24,000 nt of DNA. Origin: Microbacterium sp. NPDC076895. Its GTDB lineage: Bacteria > Actinomycetota > Actinomycetes > Actinomycetales > Microbacteriaceae. The notes under the pieces are model-generated. The model made no database searches. It saw only the letters and a list, made by a program, of their open reading frames with translations, and was not told where the DNA came from. The stretch is from positions 44,488 to 68,487 of the forward strand of contig NZ_JBFBMQ010000006.1 of assembly GCF_040687115.1 (NCBI RefSeq), in the 5' to 3' direction. A program made the position numbers and the translations under genes. This document shows, piece by piece, positions 14,279 through 23,471 of this stretch (the first letter of the stretch is position 1; each line of letters begins with the position of its first letter).

Positions 14279-14964
14279 GCCAATGCCGCCTCTCGGGTCT
14301 CGATGGCTCCGGATCGCTGGAAGCGCGCTCCGTAGACAAGGTCCGGACGGGCGGTGAGTACGGCGGCGACGATGAGTCCGGTGATGATCGCCTCGCCGAT
14401 CCCGATGAGAGTATGCCAGCCGACCATCGCAACAAAGACTGCGTCGATCGGAACTGCCACCTGGCCACCGATGGCGAACAACCCGACGAACGCGATCGCA
14501 GCTGCGGGCACCGAAAGCAGGCCACCGATGCCCGCGGCTACCGCGATGGCCCATCGGCGTGCGGGAAGCACGCGGACGAGGCCCCGGAACACCCACCAAC
14601 CGACGCCGATCGTCACCAGACCCATCAGCGTGATGTTGGTACCGAGGGCCGTCAGCCCGCCGTCGGCGAACAGCAGGGCCTGGACGATGAAAACGGCGCT
14701 CACAGCGAGCACCGCTGTCCACGGACCCAGCAGCACAGCCGCGAGTGCACCGCCCAGCAGGTGGCCGCTGGTTCCCGCGCCGACGGGGAAATTGATCATC
14801 TGCGTGGCGAAGATCACCGTGGCGACGATTCCCACCATCGGGGCCTTGCGGTCATCTGCCATCTCGGCACGCGAGTTCTTGATCGCGAGGCCGATAGCTC
14901 CGGCCGCCACGACCCCCGTAGCAATCGAGACCGGCACGCTGAGGAATCCGTCGGGTACGTGCAT
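14275..14964 (-). CDS. cbiM: ECF transporter substrate-capture component CbiM/NikM (Ni2+/Co2+)
   Basis: The N-terminus MHVPDGFLS is characteristic, since Met1-His2 form the metal site in this family. The protein is multi-pass. A strong RBS GAGGAGG lies upstream of ATG 14964. The 46 extra codons in the track ORF are rejected. Confidence 0.9.
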   Translation of the reverse strand: MHVPDGFLSVPVSIATGVVAAGAIGLAIKNSRAEMADDRKAPMVGIVATVIFATQMINFPVGAGTSGHLLGGALAAVLLGPWTAVLAVSAVFIVQALLFADGGLTALGTNITLMGLVTIGVGWWVFRGLVRVLPARRWAIAVAAGIGGLLSVPAAAIAFVGLFAIGGQVAVPIDAVFVAMVGWHTLIGIGEAIITGLIVAAVLTARPDLVYGARFQRSGAIETREAALA

Positions 14965-15011
14965 CGGTCCTCCTCGGGTGACCATGCGGTCTGGGATTGC
15001 GCTCACACTAT

Positions 15012-15026
15012 TGCGACTCAGTCGCA
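15012..15026. promoter_or_regulatory. Candidate Fur/Nur-type operator: perfect palindrome TGCGA-CTCAG-TCGCA in the divergent cbiM/fur promoter region
   Basis: A perfect 7-1-7 inverted repeat (TGCGACT C AGTCGCA) lies 48-62 nt upstream of the cbiM ATG. The half-site TTGCGA and the N5 spacing resemble the Streptomyces Nur box as I remember it (tTGCaa-N5-ttGCAA). ATTGCG is repeated at 14996 and 15010. Confidence 0.35.
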
Positions 15027-15134
15027 TCACACAAGAGTCGAAATCGCCGCCGTGCCGCCTTTCGGAGGGGCGTGTGCCACGATTGCCGCATGGGTGCGCC
15101 ACACGACCACGAGCACCTCCACGCGGAGGCCCCC

Positions 15135-15569
15135 GTGAGCCTTGCCGACTCTGCGCTGGCGCAGCTTTCCGAGCGTGGCGAGCGCATCACGGCAGCGCGT
15201 CGCGCCGTCATCGGGGTGCTCGCGGCGGAGCATGAGCACCGCACGGCGGAGCAGATCGCGGGTGCTGTCGCTGACCTCGGCATCCATCGGGCTACCGTCT
15301 ACCGCACGCTCGAGATGCTCGACGGCCTCGGGGTGGTCACGACGCGTCCCGTCGGGCAGGGGTCGACCGGCTATCACCTCGCCACGGGGGAAGACCGGCA
15401 CGCGCACCTTCACGGGGTCTGCCGCTCGTGCGGGGTCGTCGTCGCGCTGCCAGCCGATCTGCTTGCCTCGGCCGCCCGATCGGCCCGGAGCGCGAACGGC
15501 TTCGCGCTCGAGCCCGCGCAGAGCTCGCTCGTGGGCACCTGCGCTGACTGCGCTCGCGGCGCCTCCTGA
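15135..15569 (+). CDS. Fur-family metalloregulator, Nur-like by context
   Basis: It has a winged-helix region (RATVYRTLEMLDGLGVV), a His cluster and two CxxC pairs (HAHLHGVCRSCG ... CADCA). I prefer GTG 15135 because GGAGG at 15125-15129 sits 5 nt upstream. ATG 15090 would add the His-rich peptide MGAPHDHEHLHAEAP. Confidence 0.85.
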   Translation: MSLADSALAQLSERGERITAARRAVIGVLAAEHEHRTAEQIAGAVADLGIHRATVYRTLEMLDGLGVVTTRPVGQGSTGYHLATGEDRHAHLHGVCRSCGVVVALPADLLASAARSARSANGFALEPAQSSLVGTCADCARGAS

Positions 15570-15591
15570 CCGGGACCGCGCCCCGCGAACG

Positions 15592-15627
15592 ACGGATGCC
15601 TCGGACGGCGTCGTCCGAGGCATCCGT
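15592..15627. terminator. Probable bidirectional intrinsic terminator hairpin between the convergent fur-like gene and aceA
   Basis: A perfect 16-bp stem (ACGGATGCCTCGGACG / CGTCCGAGGCATCCGT) has a 4-nt loop GCGT. It is followed by a weak T-containing tract (GTCTTCTCG) on the + strand. Confidence 0.6.
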
Positions 15628-15640
15628 GTCTTCTCGATGA

Positions 15641-17236
15641 TCAGCTGAACTGGTTCATCGTGTTGTGCTGCCCGCCAGCCTTGAGGGCAGCGTCGCCGGC
15701 GAAGTACTCCTTGTGGTTGTCGCCGATGTCGCTTCCCGCCATGTTCTGGTGTTTGACGGTCGCGATGCCCTCGCGGATCTCGCGGCGCTGCACGCCCCGC
15801 ACGTAGGCGAGCATCCCCTCATCGCCGAAGTATCCCTTCGAGAGGTCGTCGGTCGACAGGGCCGCCGTGTGGTAGGTCGGCAGGGTGATGAGGTGATGGA
15901 AGATTCCGGCCCGGGCCGACCCATCGCGCTGGAACGTGCGGATCTTCTCGTCGGCCAGCCGGCCGAGCTCGGTGTCGTCGTACTCGACGCTCATGAGCTC
16001 CGCCCGATCGTACGCCGAGACATCCTTCCCTTCCGCGGCGAGGGTGTCGTAGGCCTGCTGACGGAAGTTCAGCGTCCAGTTGAACGAGGGGCTGTTGTTG
16101 TAGACCAGCTTCGCGTTCGGGATCTCCTCGCGGATGGCATCCACCATCCCCGCGATCTGCTCGACGTGCGGCTTCTCGGTTTCGATCCACAGCAGGTCGG
16201 CGCCGTTTCGCAGCGACGTGATGCAGTCCAGCACGCAGCGGGCCTCACCCGTCCCGGGGCGGAACTGGTAGAGGTTGCTCGCCAGGCGCTTGGGACGCAG
16301 GAGCTTGCCGCCCCGCTTGATGACGACATCCCCGTTGCCGAGCTCGGCATCCGAGATCTCCTCGACGTCGAGGAAGGAGTTGTACTGGTCGCCGAGGTCG
16401 CCGGGGGAGTGGGTGACCGCGAGCTTCTGTGTGAGCCCCGCGCCGAGCGAGTCGGTGCGCGCCACGATGATGCCGTTGTCGATGCCTAGCTCCAGGAAGG
16501 CATAGCGCACCGCGGTGAGCTTGGCGATGAAGTCCTCGTGGGGCACCGTCACCTTGCCGTCCTGGTGACCGCACTGCTTCTCATCCGAGACCTGGTTCTC
16601 GATCTGGATGGCGCAAGCGCCAGCCTCGATCATCTTCTTGGCCAGCAGGTACGTGGCCTCGGGGTTTCCGAAGCCGGCGTCGATGTCAGCGATGATCGGC
16701 ACCACGTGGGTCTCGTAGTTATCGATCTGGCTCTGGATGAACTCCGCTGCCGTCTCGTCGCCGGCGGCGCGTGCGGCATCCAGCTTCGTGAACAGCAGAT
16801 CCAGCTCGCGAGCGTCGGCCTGACGGAGGAACGTGTAGAGCTCTTCGATGAGCGCAGGGACCGCGGTCTTCTCGTGCATCGACTGGTCAGGCAGCGGCCC
16901 GAACTCGGAGCGGAGCGCCGCGACCATCCACCCCGACAGGTAGAGGTAGCGCTTATTCGTGCTCTTGAGGTGCTTCTTGATCGAGATCAGCTTCTGCTGG
17001 CCGATGAAGCCGTGCCAGACGCCGAGTGACTGCGTGTACAGCGACGAGTCGGCGTCGTACTCGGCCATGTCGCGGCGCATGATGTCGGCGGTGTACTGGG
17101 CGATCTCCAGTCCCGTGCGGAACCGGTTCTGTGCCCGCATCCGTGCCACGGACTCGGGGTTGATGGCATCCCAGCTGGAACCGTGCTGGTGCTTGAGTTC
17201 CCGGATGGCGGCGATGTCGTCCTGGTAGGTGGTCAT
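15641..17236 (-). CDS. aceA: Isocitrate lyase, long (531 aa) form
   Basis: The catalytic signature is EKQCGHQDGK (K-x-C-G-H). The N-terminus and length closely resemble the 531-aa Pseudomonas/Colwellia-type ICL as I recall it. The RBS GAAGGA lies upstream. Confidence 0.95.
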   Translation of the reverse strand: MTTYQDDIAAIRELKHQHGSSWDAINPESVARMRAQNRFRTGLEIAQYTADIMRRDMAEYDADSSLYTQSLGVWHGFIGQQKLISIKKHLKSTNKRYLYLSGWMVAALRSEFGPLPDQSMHEKTAVPALIEELYTFLRQADARELDLLFTKLDAARAAGDETAAEFIQSQIDNYETHVVPIIADIDAGFGNPEATYLLAKKMIEAGACAIQIENQVSDEKQCGHQDGKVTVPHEDFIAKLTAVRYAFLELGIDNGIIVARTDSLGAGLTQKLAVTHSPGDLGDQYNSFLDVEEISDAELGNGDVVIKRGGKLLRPKRLASNLYQFRPGTGEARCVLDCITSLRNGADLLWIETEKPHVEQIAGMVDAIREEIPNAKLVYNNSPSFNWTLNFRQQAYDTLAAEGKDVSAYDRAELMSVEYDDTELGRLADEKIRTFQRDGSARAGIFHHLITLPTYHTAALSTDDLSKGYFGDEGMLAYVRGVQRREIREGIATVKHQNMAGSDIGDNHKEYFAGDAALKAGGQHNTMNQFS

Positions 17237-17268
17237 GTCGTGTCCTTCGTCGTCGGTCTCGTGCGCAG

Positions 17269-18930
<1,662 letters not shown>

Positions 18931-19070
18931 GGCGCATCCGTCCTGTCTGGTCTCTCATCCGCCGTCTTCGTCATCCGGTGGATCGACGCCTGGTTTGTCG
19001 TCGTGCACCTACTCTCCGTGAAGTTTTGCTGCCAACCTGGCCGGATCAGTTGTGAAGATCGCGCGAAATT

Positions 19071-19091
19071 CCGTTTCTGTGACAGAATCGG
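19071..19091. promoter_or_regulatory. Near-perfect 21-bp palindrome CCGtTTCTGTgACAGAAtCGG immediately upstream of the ramB-like start
   Basis: The core inverted repeat TTCTGT-g-ACAGAA (19075-19087) is flanked by CCG/CGG. It ends 5 nt before ATG 19096, inside a locally lower-GC non-coding stretch. It could be an operator or an RNA hairpin. Confidence 0.3.
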
Positions 19092-19095
19092 CGGC

Positions 19096-20583
19096 ATGAC
19101 GAGCCTCACAGCGCCGGAAGAGTCCCTCCCGACGATCACAACGGATGACGACGACGTCATCGACACACTCACCATCGGCAGGCGCATCCGCCAGTTGCGC
19201 ACCGAGCGGGGGATGACCCTCGATGACCTCGCGGCTGCGGTCGACCGTGCCCCGAGCCAGCTGTCGATGATCGAGAACGGAAAGCGGGAACCCAAGCTCA
19301 CACTGCTGCGCACCATCGCGCGTGCTCTCGGGACGAATCTGGACGCGCTGCTGGAATCGGAGACGCTGGATGAGCGCGCCACGATGGAGGTTTCCCTCGA
19401 GCGGGCGATGCGGGGGCCAACCTTCCAGGCGCTCGGAATCTCCCCGTTTCGCATCGGTCGCTCACTCCCCGATGAGGTGCTCGCGGCGATGCTTGCGTTG
19501 CAGGGCGAGATCGAGCGGCTGCGAGACGAACGGGCAGCCACACCGGAAGTGGCGCGCCGCGCGAACCTGTCCCTGCGCCGGCTCATGACCAGTCAGCAGA
19601 ACTACTTCGCCGACCTCGAGGCTCACGCGCGCGACCTGTTGGCCGCCGTCGGGCACACCGGAGGCCCGCTCACGCAGCGCACGGCATCCGACATTGCCGC
19701 CCACCTCGGGTTCACGATTCACTACGTCTCCGATGTGCCCCTCACTACCCGCAGCGTTCTGGATCTCAAGCACGGGCGGCTCTACCTCTCGAGCACGATC
19801 GCGAGCAAGCGGGATGCCCGCACCGCCGTGCTGCAGTCGCTGGCGAGCCGCATCCTGGGGCACGACGAGCCCGCGAGCTACGGTGACTTCCTTCGCCAGC
19901 GCGTGGAGATCAACTATCTGACGGGGGCGCTCCTGATGCCGGAGGCCGACGTCGTGCCTTTCCTGCAGGAGGCAAAGTCTCACCGCGCCCTCTCTATCGA
20001 AGACCTGCGGGACGCGTATTCGGTCTCGTACGAGACTGCCGCTCACCGCTTCACCAATCTCGCGACGGTCCACCTTGACCTACCCGTTCACTTTCTGAAG
20101 GTCCATGAGTCGGGCACGATCACCAAGGCCTACGAGAACGATGACGTGAACTTCCCGACCGACCGGTTCGGTTCCATCGAGGGGCAGATGTGCTGCCGCA
20201 AGTGGACGAGCCGCGTCGTGTTCGACATCCCCGACCGCTTCAACCCGTACTTCCAGTACACCGATACCGGGAACGGCACCTACTGGTGCACGGCCCGCGT
20301 CGAGCCCTCCTCCGAGGGCCTCCATTCGATCAGTGTGGGAGTGCGATTCGACGACACCAAGTGGTTCATCGGGCGCGAGACGACCAACCGCGGGGTCTCG
20401 CGGCATTCGGTGGAGGTGTGCTGTCGCCGTGCGCCGGCAGAACTCGAGTCATCCTGGCGTGGTCACTCGTGGCCGAACGTGCGGACCCCGCGCACGCTGC
20501 TCGCTACTTTGCCAACCGGGGCCTTCCCCGGGGTGGACACGACGGATGTCTACGAGTTCCTCGAGGCTCACGCACCCGACTGA
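19096..20583 (+). CDS. ramB: RamB/PrpR-type regulator (XRE HTH plus ImmA/IrrE-like domain plus Cys-containing C-terminal domain; short-chain fatty-acyl-CoA regulator family)
   Basis: The HTH is IGRRIRQLRTERGMTLDDLAAAVDRAPSQLSMIENGKREP. The architecture, the length (495 aa) and the divergent position from aceB-aceA all match RamB. The codons upstream of ATG 19096 in the track ORF have poor GC3 and overlap aceB antisense. Confidence 0.8.
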   Translation: MTSLTAPEESLPTITTDDDDVIDTLTIGRRIRQLRTERGMTLDDLAAAVDRAPSQLSMIENGKREPKLTLLRTIARALGTNLDALLESETLDERATMEVSLERAMRGPTFQALGISPFRIGRSLPDEVLAAMLALQGEIERLRDERAATPEVARRANLSLRRLMTSQQNYFADLEAHARDLLAAVGHTGGPLTQRTASDIAAHLGFTIHYVSDVPLTTRSVLDLKHGRLYLSSTIASKRDARTAVLQSLASRILGHDEPASYGDFLRQRVEINYLTGALLMPEADVVPFLQEAKSHRALSIEDLRDAYSVSYETAAHRFTNLATVHLDLPVHFLKVHESGTITKAYENDDVNFPTDRFGSIEGQMCCRKWTSRVVFDIPDRFNPYFQYTDTGNGTYWCTARVEPSSEGLHSISVGVRFDDTKWFIGRETTNRGVSRHSVEVCCRRAPAELESSWRGHSWPNVRTPRTLLATLPTGAFPGVDTTDVYEFLEAHAPD

Positions 20584-20595
20584 GCTGGCCGAGCC

Positions 20596-21966
20596 TCAGC
20601 GCCCGGCGATGAGGTCGGCGACTCGCGCCAGTGCCGACGTTCGTGCCCCGCCGCGCGCTTCGAGCCGGTCAGCGCCGCGGTAGGCGGCGTAGATCGCGTT
20701 CACGGCGGTCCACCGCAGTGGTTCGATCTCCCACCGCTTCGCGCGATGATCCACCCAGGGCAGGCGGGTGAGATCGGTGCCTCGACGCAACACCAGATCG
20801 GCGAGGGTGCGTCCGGCGAGATTGGTTGCGGTCACTCCCGTTCCGACGTAGCCGCCTGCCCAGCCGATGCCCGTCTGCAGGTCGAAGCCGACAGTAGCCG
20901 ACCAGTCGCGCGGCACCCCGAGCACACCGGCCCACGCATGAGCGAGGGGCACACCGCGGGTGGCTGGGAAGAAGTCGTGCAGGAGGCCCGTGAGGGAGCG
21001 GATCGTGCGCTCCTGCGTCCGTCCGTTCGTGTCGACGCGAGACCCGTACCGGTATGGGACGCCTCGACCCCCGAAGGCGATGCGATCGTCAGCAGTTCGC
21101 TGCGCGTACATGTAGACGTGGGCGAAATCGCCGAGGGTCTCTCGCCCCGACCAGCCGATCGCGTCCCACGCCCCGGCAGGCAGGGGCTCGGTGATGATCA
21201 TCGACGAATTCATCGGCAGCCACGTGCGGTGCTCCTGACGGAGGTTCGCGGTGAAGCCTTCGGTGGCTCGGATGACGGCATCCGCGCGCACCATGCCCCG
21301 ATCCGTGTCGACGCATCCGGGTTCGATCGATCGAGCTGTCGTCTGCTCGAAGATGCTCACGCCCGCCCTTTCCACGGCCATAGCCAGGCCCGCCGCGAGC
21401 TTCGCGGGGTGGATGCGTGCGCAGTGCGGATGCCAGATCCCTCCCACCGCGCCGGCGACGTCGATACGGGATCGCGTGGCCGCGGCATCCAGTTCTTGCA
21501 CATCAGTGTGCGGCCATGCCAGGTCTTCGGCAGCCGTTTTCCGAAGCCGGGCGAGCTGCGCGGGGGTGCGGGCGATCTCGAGTTCGCCGCCCCTGACGAT
21601 GTCGGCGTCAATGCCCTCGCTGCGTGCGACCTCGATCACCTCACGCACGGTGTCGTTGAGCGCTCGCTGCTGCGCGATCGCGGCATCCCGTCCGTGGCGG
21701 GCGACGTATTGCTCACGCCCTCCCGTGACTGAGTTCGTCAGCCAGCCACCGTTGCGCCCCGACGCTCCAAAGCCGGCGAAGCTCTGCTCGATCACGCCCA
21801 CGCGCAGGTCGGGTTGCGCCCGCTTGAGGTAGTACGCCGCCCATAGTCCGGTGTACCCGGCGCCGACGATGCAGACGTCGAGCGCAAGGTCACCGGGAAG
21901 CGGTGCGCGCGGGGCGGGAGTGCCGCCGATGTCTCGCCACCACCACGACACGCCGCCATTGATCAC
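20596..21966 (-). CDS. FAD-dependent oxidoreductase (DAO family, gamma-glutamylputrescine-oxidase/PuuB-like)
   Basis: The dinucleotide-binding motif is DVCIVGAGYTGLWAAYYL, followed by GASGRNGG. I chose GTG 21966 as the start because GGGAGA precedes it. The rest of the 939-aa track ORF (21967-23415) is antisense to gabT and is rejected. Confidence 0.8.
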   Translation of the reverse strand: MINGGVSWWWRDIGGTPAPRAPLPGDLALDVCIVGAGYTGLWAAYYLKRAQPDLRVGVIEQSFAGFGASGRNGGWLTNSVTGGREQYVARHGRDAAIAQQRALNDTVREVIEVARSEGIDADIVRGGELEIARTPAQLARLRKTAAEDLAWPHTDVQELDAAATRSRIDVAGAVGGIWHPHCARIHPAKLAAGLAMAVERAGVSIFEQTTARSIEPGCVDTDRGMVRADAVIRATEGFTANLRQEHRTWLPMNSSMIITEPLPAGAWDAIGWSGRETLGDFAHVYMYAQRTADDRIAFGGRGVPYRYGSRVDTNGRTQERTIRSLTGLLHDFFPATRGVPLAHAWAGVLGVPRDWSATVGFDLQTGIGWAGGYVGTGVTATNLAGRTLADLVLRRGTDLTRLPWVDHRAKRWEIEPLRWTAVNAIYAAYRGADRLEARGGARTSALARVADLIAGR

Positions 21967-22077
21967 GCGATGATTCTCCCACGACGGGAGCCGTCGCGTA
22001 AGTGATGATGGACGACGGATTCCGACGTTCGAGTTGCACGGGTCGCGCGCGATCGATCGTGCAGCTATCCTCACGAC

Positions 22078-23433
22078 ATGAGCCAACTCGATAGTCTCAC
22101 GGTCCCGCTCGGCGGCCCCACGCTCCCGCAGGAGCGACGCCTCGTAACCCCCATCCCGGGACCGCGTTCGCAGGAACTCATGGCCCGCAAGGCCGCTGCC
22201 GTGTCGGCGGGCGTGGGGCACACGGCTCCGCTGTCGATCGTGGCGGCAGGCGGCGGCATCCTGCTGGACGCCGACGGGAACTCGATCGTGGACCTCGGCT
22301 CCGGCATCGCCGTCACCTCCATCGGTAACGCGCACCCCGCCGTGGTCGCGGCTGTGCAGCAGCAGGTCGCCCAGTTCACTCACACGTGTTTCATGGTGGC
22401 GCCCTACGAGCCTTACGTGGCGGTCGCCGAGGCGCTCAACCGCATCACTCCTGGCGATCACGAGAAGAAGACCGCACTGTTCAACTCGGGTGCTGAGGCT
22501 GTCGAGAACGCGGTCAAGATCGCCCGCAAGCACACGGGACGGCAGGCTGTCGTCGCCTTCGACCACGGCTACCACGGCCGCACCAACCTCACCATGGCCC
22601 TTACCGCCAAGCACATGCCCTACAAGGCAGGATTCGGCCCGTTCGCTCCGGAGATCTACCGTGCACCGATGTCGTACCCGTACCGAGATGGGCTCGACGG
22701 TGCCGCGGCGGCCAAGCGGGCGATCGGTGTCATCGAGAAGCACGTCGGAGTGACGGATGTCGCGGCGATCATCATCGAGCCGATCCAGGGTGAGGGCGGG
22801 TTCATCGTTCCCGCCGACGGTTTCCTTCCTGCTCTGCAGGAGTGGGCGAACGCCAACGGGGTCGTCCTGATCGCCGACGAGATCCAGACCGGATTCGCCC
22901 GCACCGGCGCGATGTTCGCGAGCGACCTGTTCGGCATCGTCCCCGACCTCATCACGACGGCCAAGGGCATCGCCGGTGGACTGCCGCTTGCTGCCGTCAC
23001 TGGACGCGCCGAGATCATGGATGCCTCGCACACGGGTGGCCTCGGCGGAACCTACGGCGGCAACCCCGTCGCCTGCGCCGCCGCCCTCGCGGCCATCGAG
23101 GTCTACGAGACCGAGGACCTGTCGGCCCGTGCCCGGCACATCGGTGACGTTCTCGAACACCGGTTGCGAGAGATTCAGGCATCCGACCCGCGTCTGGGTG
23201 ATATCCGGGGGAAGGGGGCCATGATCGCGGTCGAGTTCGTGGACCCTGCCACGGGCGACCCGGATGCCGCACTGACCTCGCGCGTGGTGCGTGCGGCACT
23301 CGATGAGGGCGTGCTCATGCTCACCTGCGGGACCTACGGCAATGTGATCCGTTTCCTGCCACCCCTGGTCATTGGTGATGACCTGCTCGATGATGCTCTG
23401 GACGTGTTGGCGCACGTCCTGTCATCGTCGTGA
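22078..23433 (+). CDS. gabT: 4-aminobutyrate--2-oxoglutarate aminotransferase (class III PLP aminotransferase)
   Basis: It has QERRLVTPIPGPRSQ at the N-terminus, SGAEAVENAVKIAR, IADEIQTGFARTG and TTAKGIAGGLPL (the PLP-binding lysine). Confidence 0.9.
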   Translation: MSQLDSLTVPLGGPTLPQERRLVTPIPGPRSQELMARKAAAVSAGVGHTAPLSIVAAGGGILLDADGNSIVDLGSGIAVTSIGNAHPAVVAAVQQQVAQFTHTCFMVAPYEPYVAVAEALNRITPGDHEKKTALFNSGAEAVENAVKIARKHTGRQAVVAFDHGYHGRTNLTMALTAKHMPYKAGFGPFAPEIYRAPMSYPYRDGLDGAAAAKRAIGVIEKHVGVTDVAAIIIEPIQGEGGFIVPADGFLPALQEWANANGVVLIADEIQTGFARTGAMFASDLFGIVPDLITTAKGIAGGLPLAAVTGRAEIMDASHTGGLGGTYGGNPVACAAALAAIEVYETEDLSARARHIGDVLEHRLREIQASDPRLGDIRGKGAMIAVEFVDPATGDPDAALTSRVVRAALDEGVLMLTCGTYGNVIRFLPPLVIGDDLLDDALDVLAHVLSSS

Positions 23434-23471
23434 CCAACCGACCACCGTTCGCTGCCGACCGAGGAGGACCC

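Noticed and set aside
14965-15134. A possible cobalamin (B12) or NiCo riboswitch in the cbiM leader
   Set aside because: The leader is only about 125-170 nt and is shared with a divergent gene. I could not find a B12-box-like element or the conserved riboswitch helices by eye. This needs an Infernal scan to be definitive.
20578-20600. A possible terminator hairpin between the convergent ramB-like and FAD-oxidoreductase genes (CTGAG...CTCAG)
   Set aside because: The stem is only 5 bp with a 10-nt loop in a 12-nt gap. That is too weak to call.
21967-23415. The N-terminal roughly 480 codons of the 939-aa minus-strand ORF 20596-23415
   Set aside because: Only the C-terminal 456 aa (from GTG 21966) has FAD-oxidoreductase motifs. 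The upstream part is antisense to gabT, which has clear class III aminotransferase motifs. It also crosses a non-coding promoter region.
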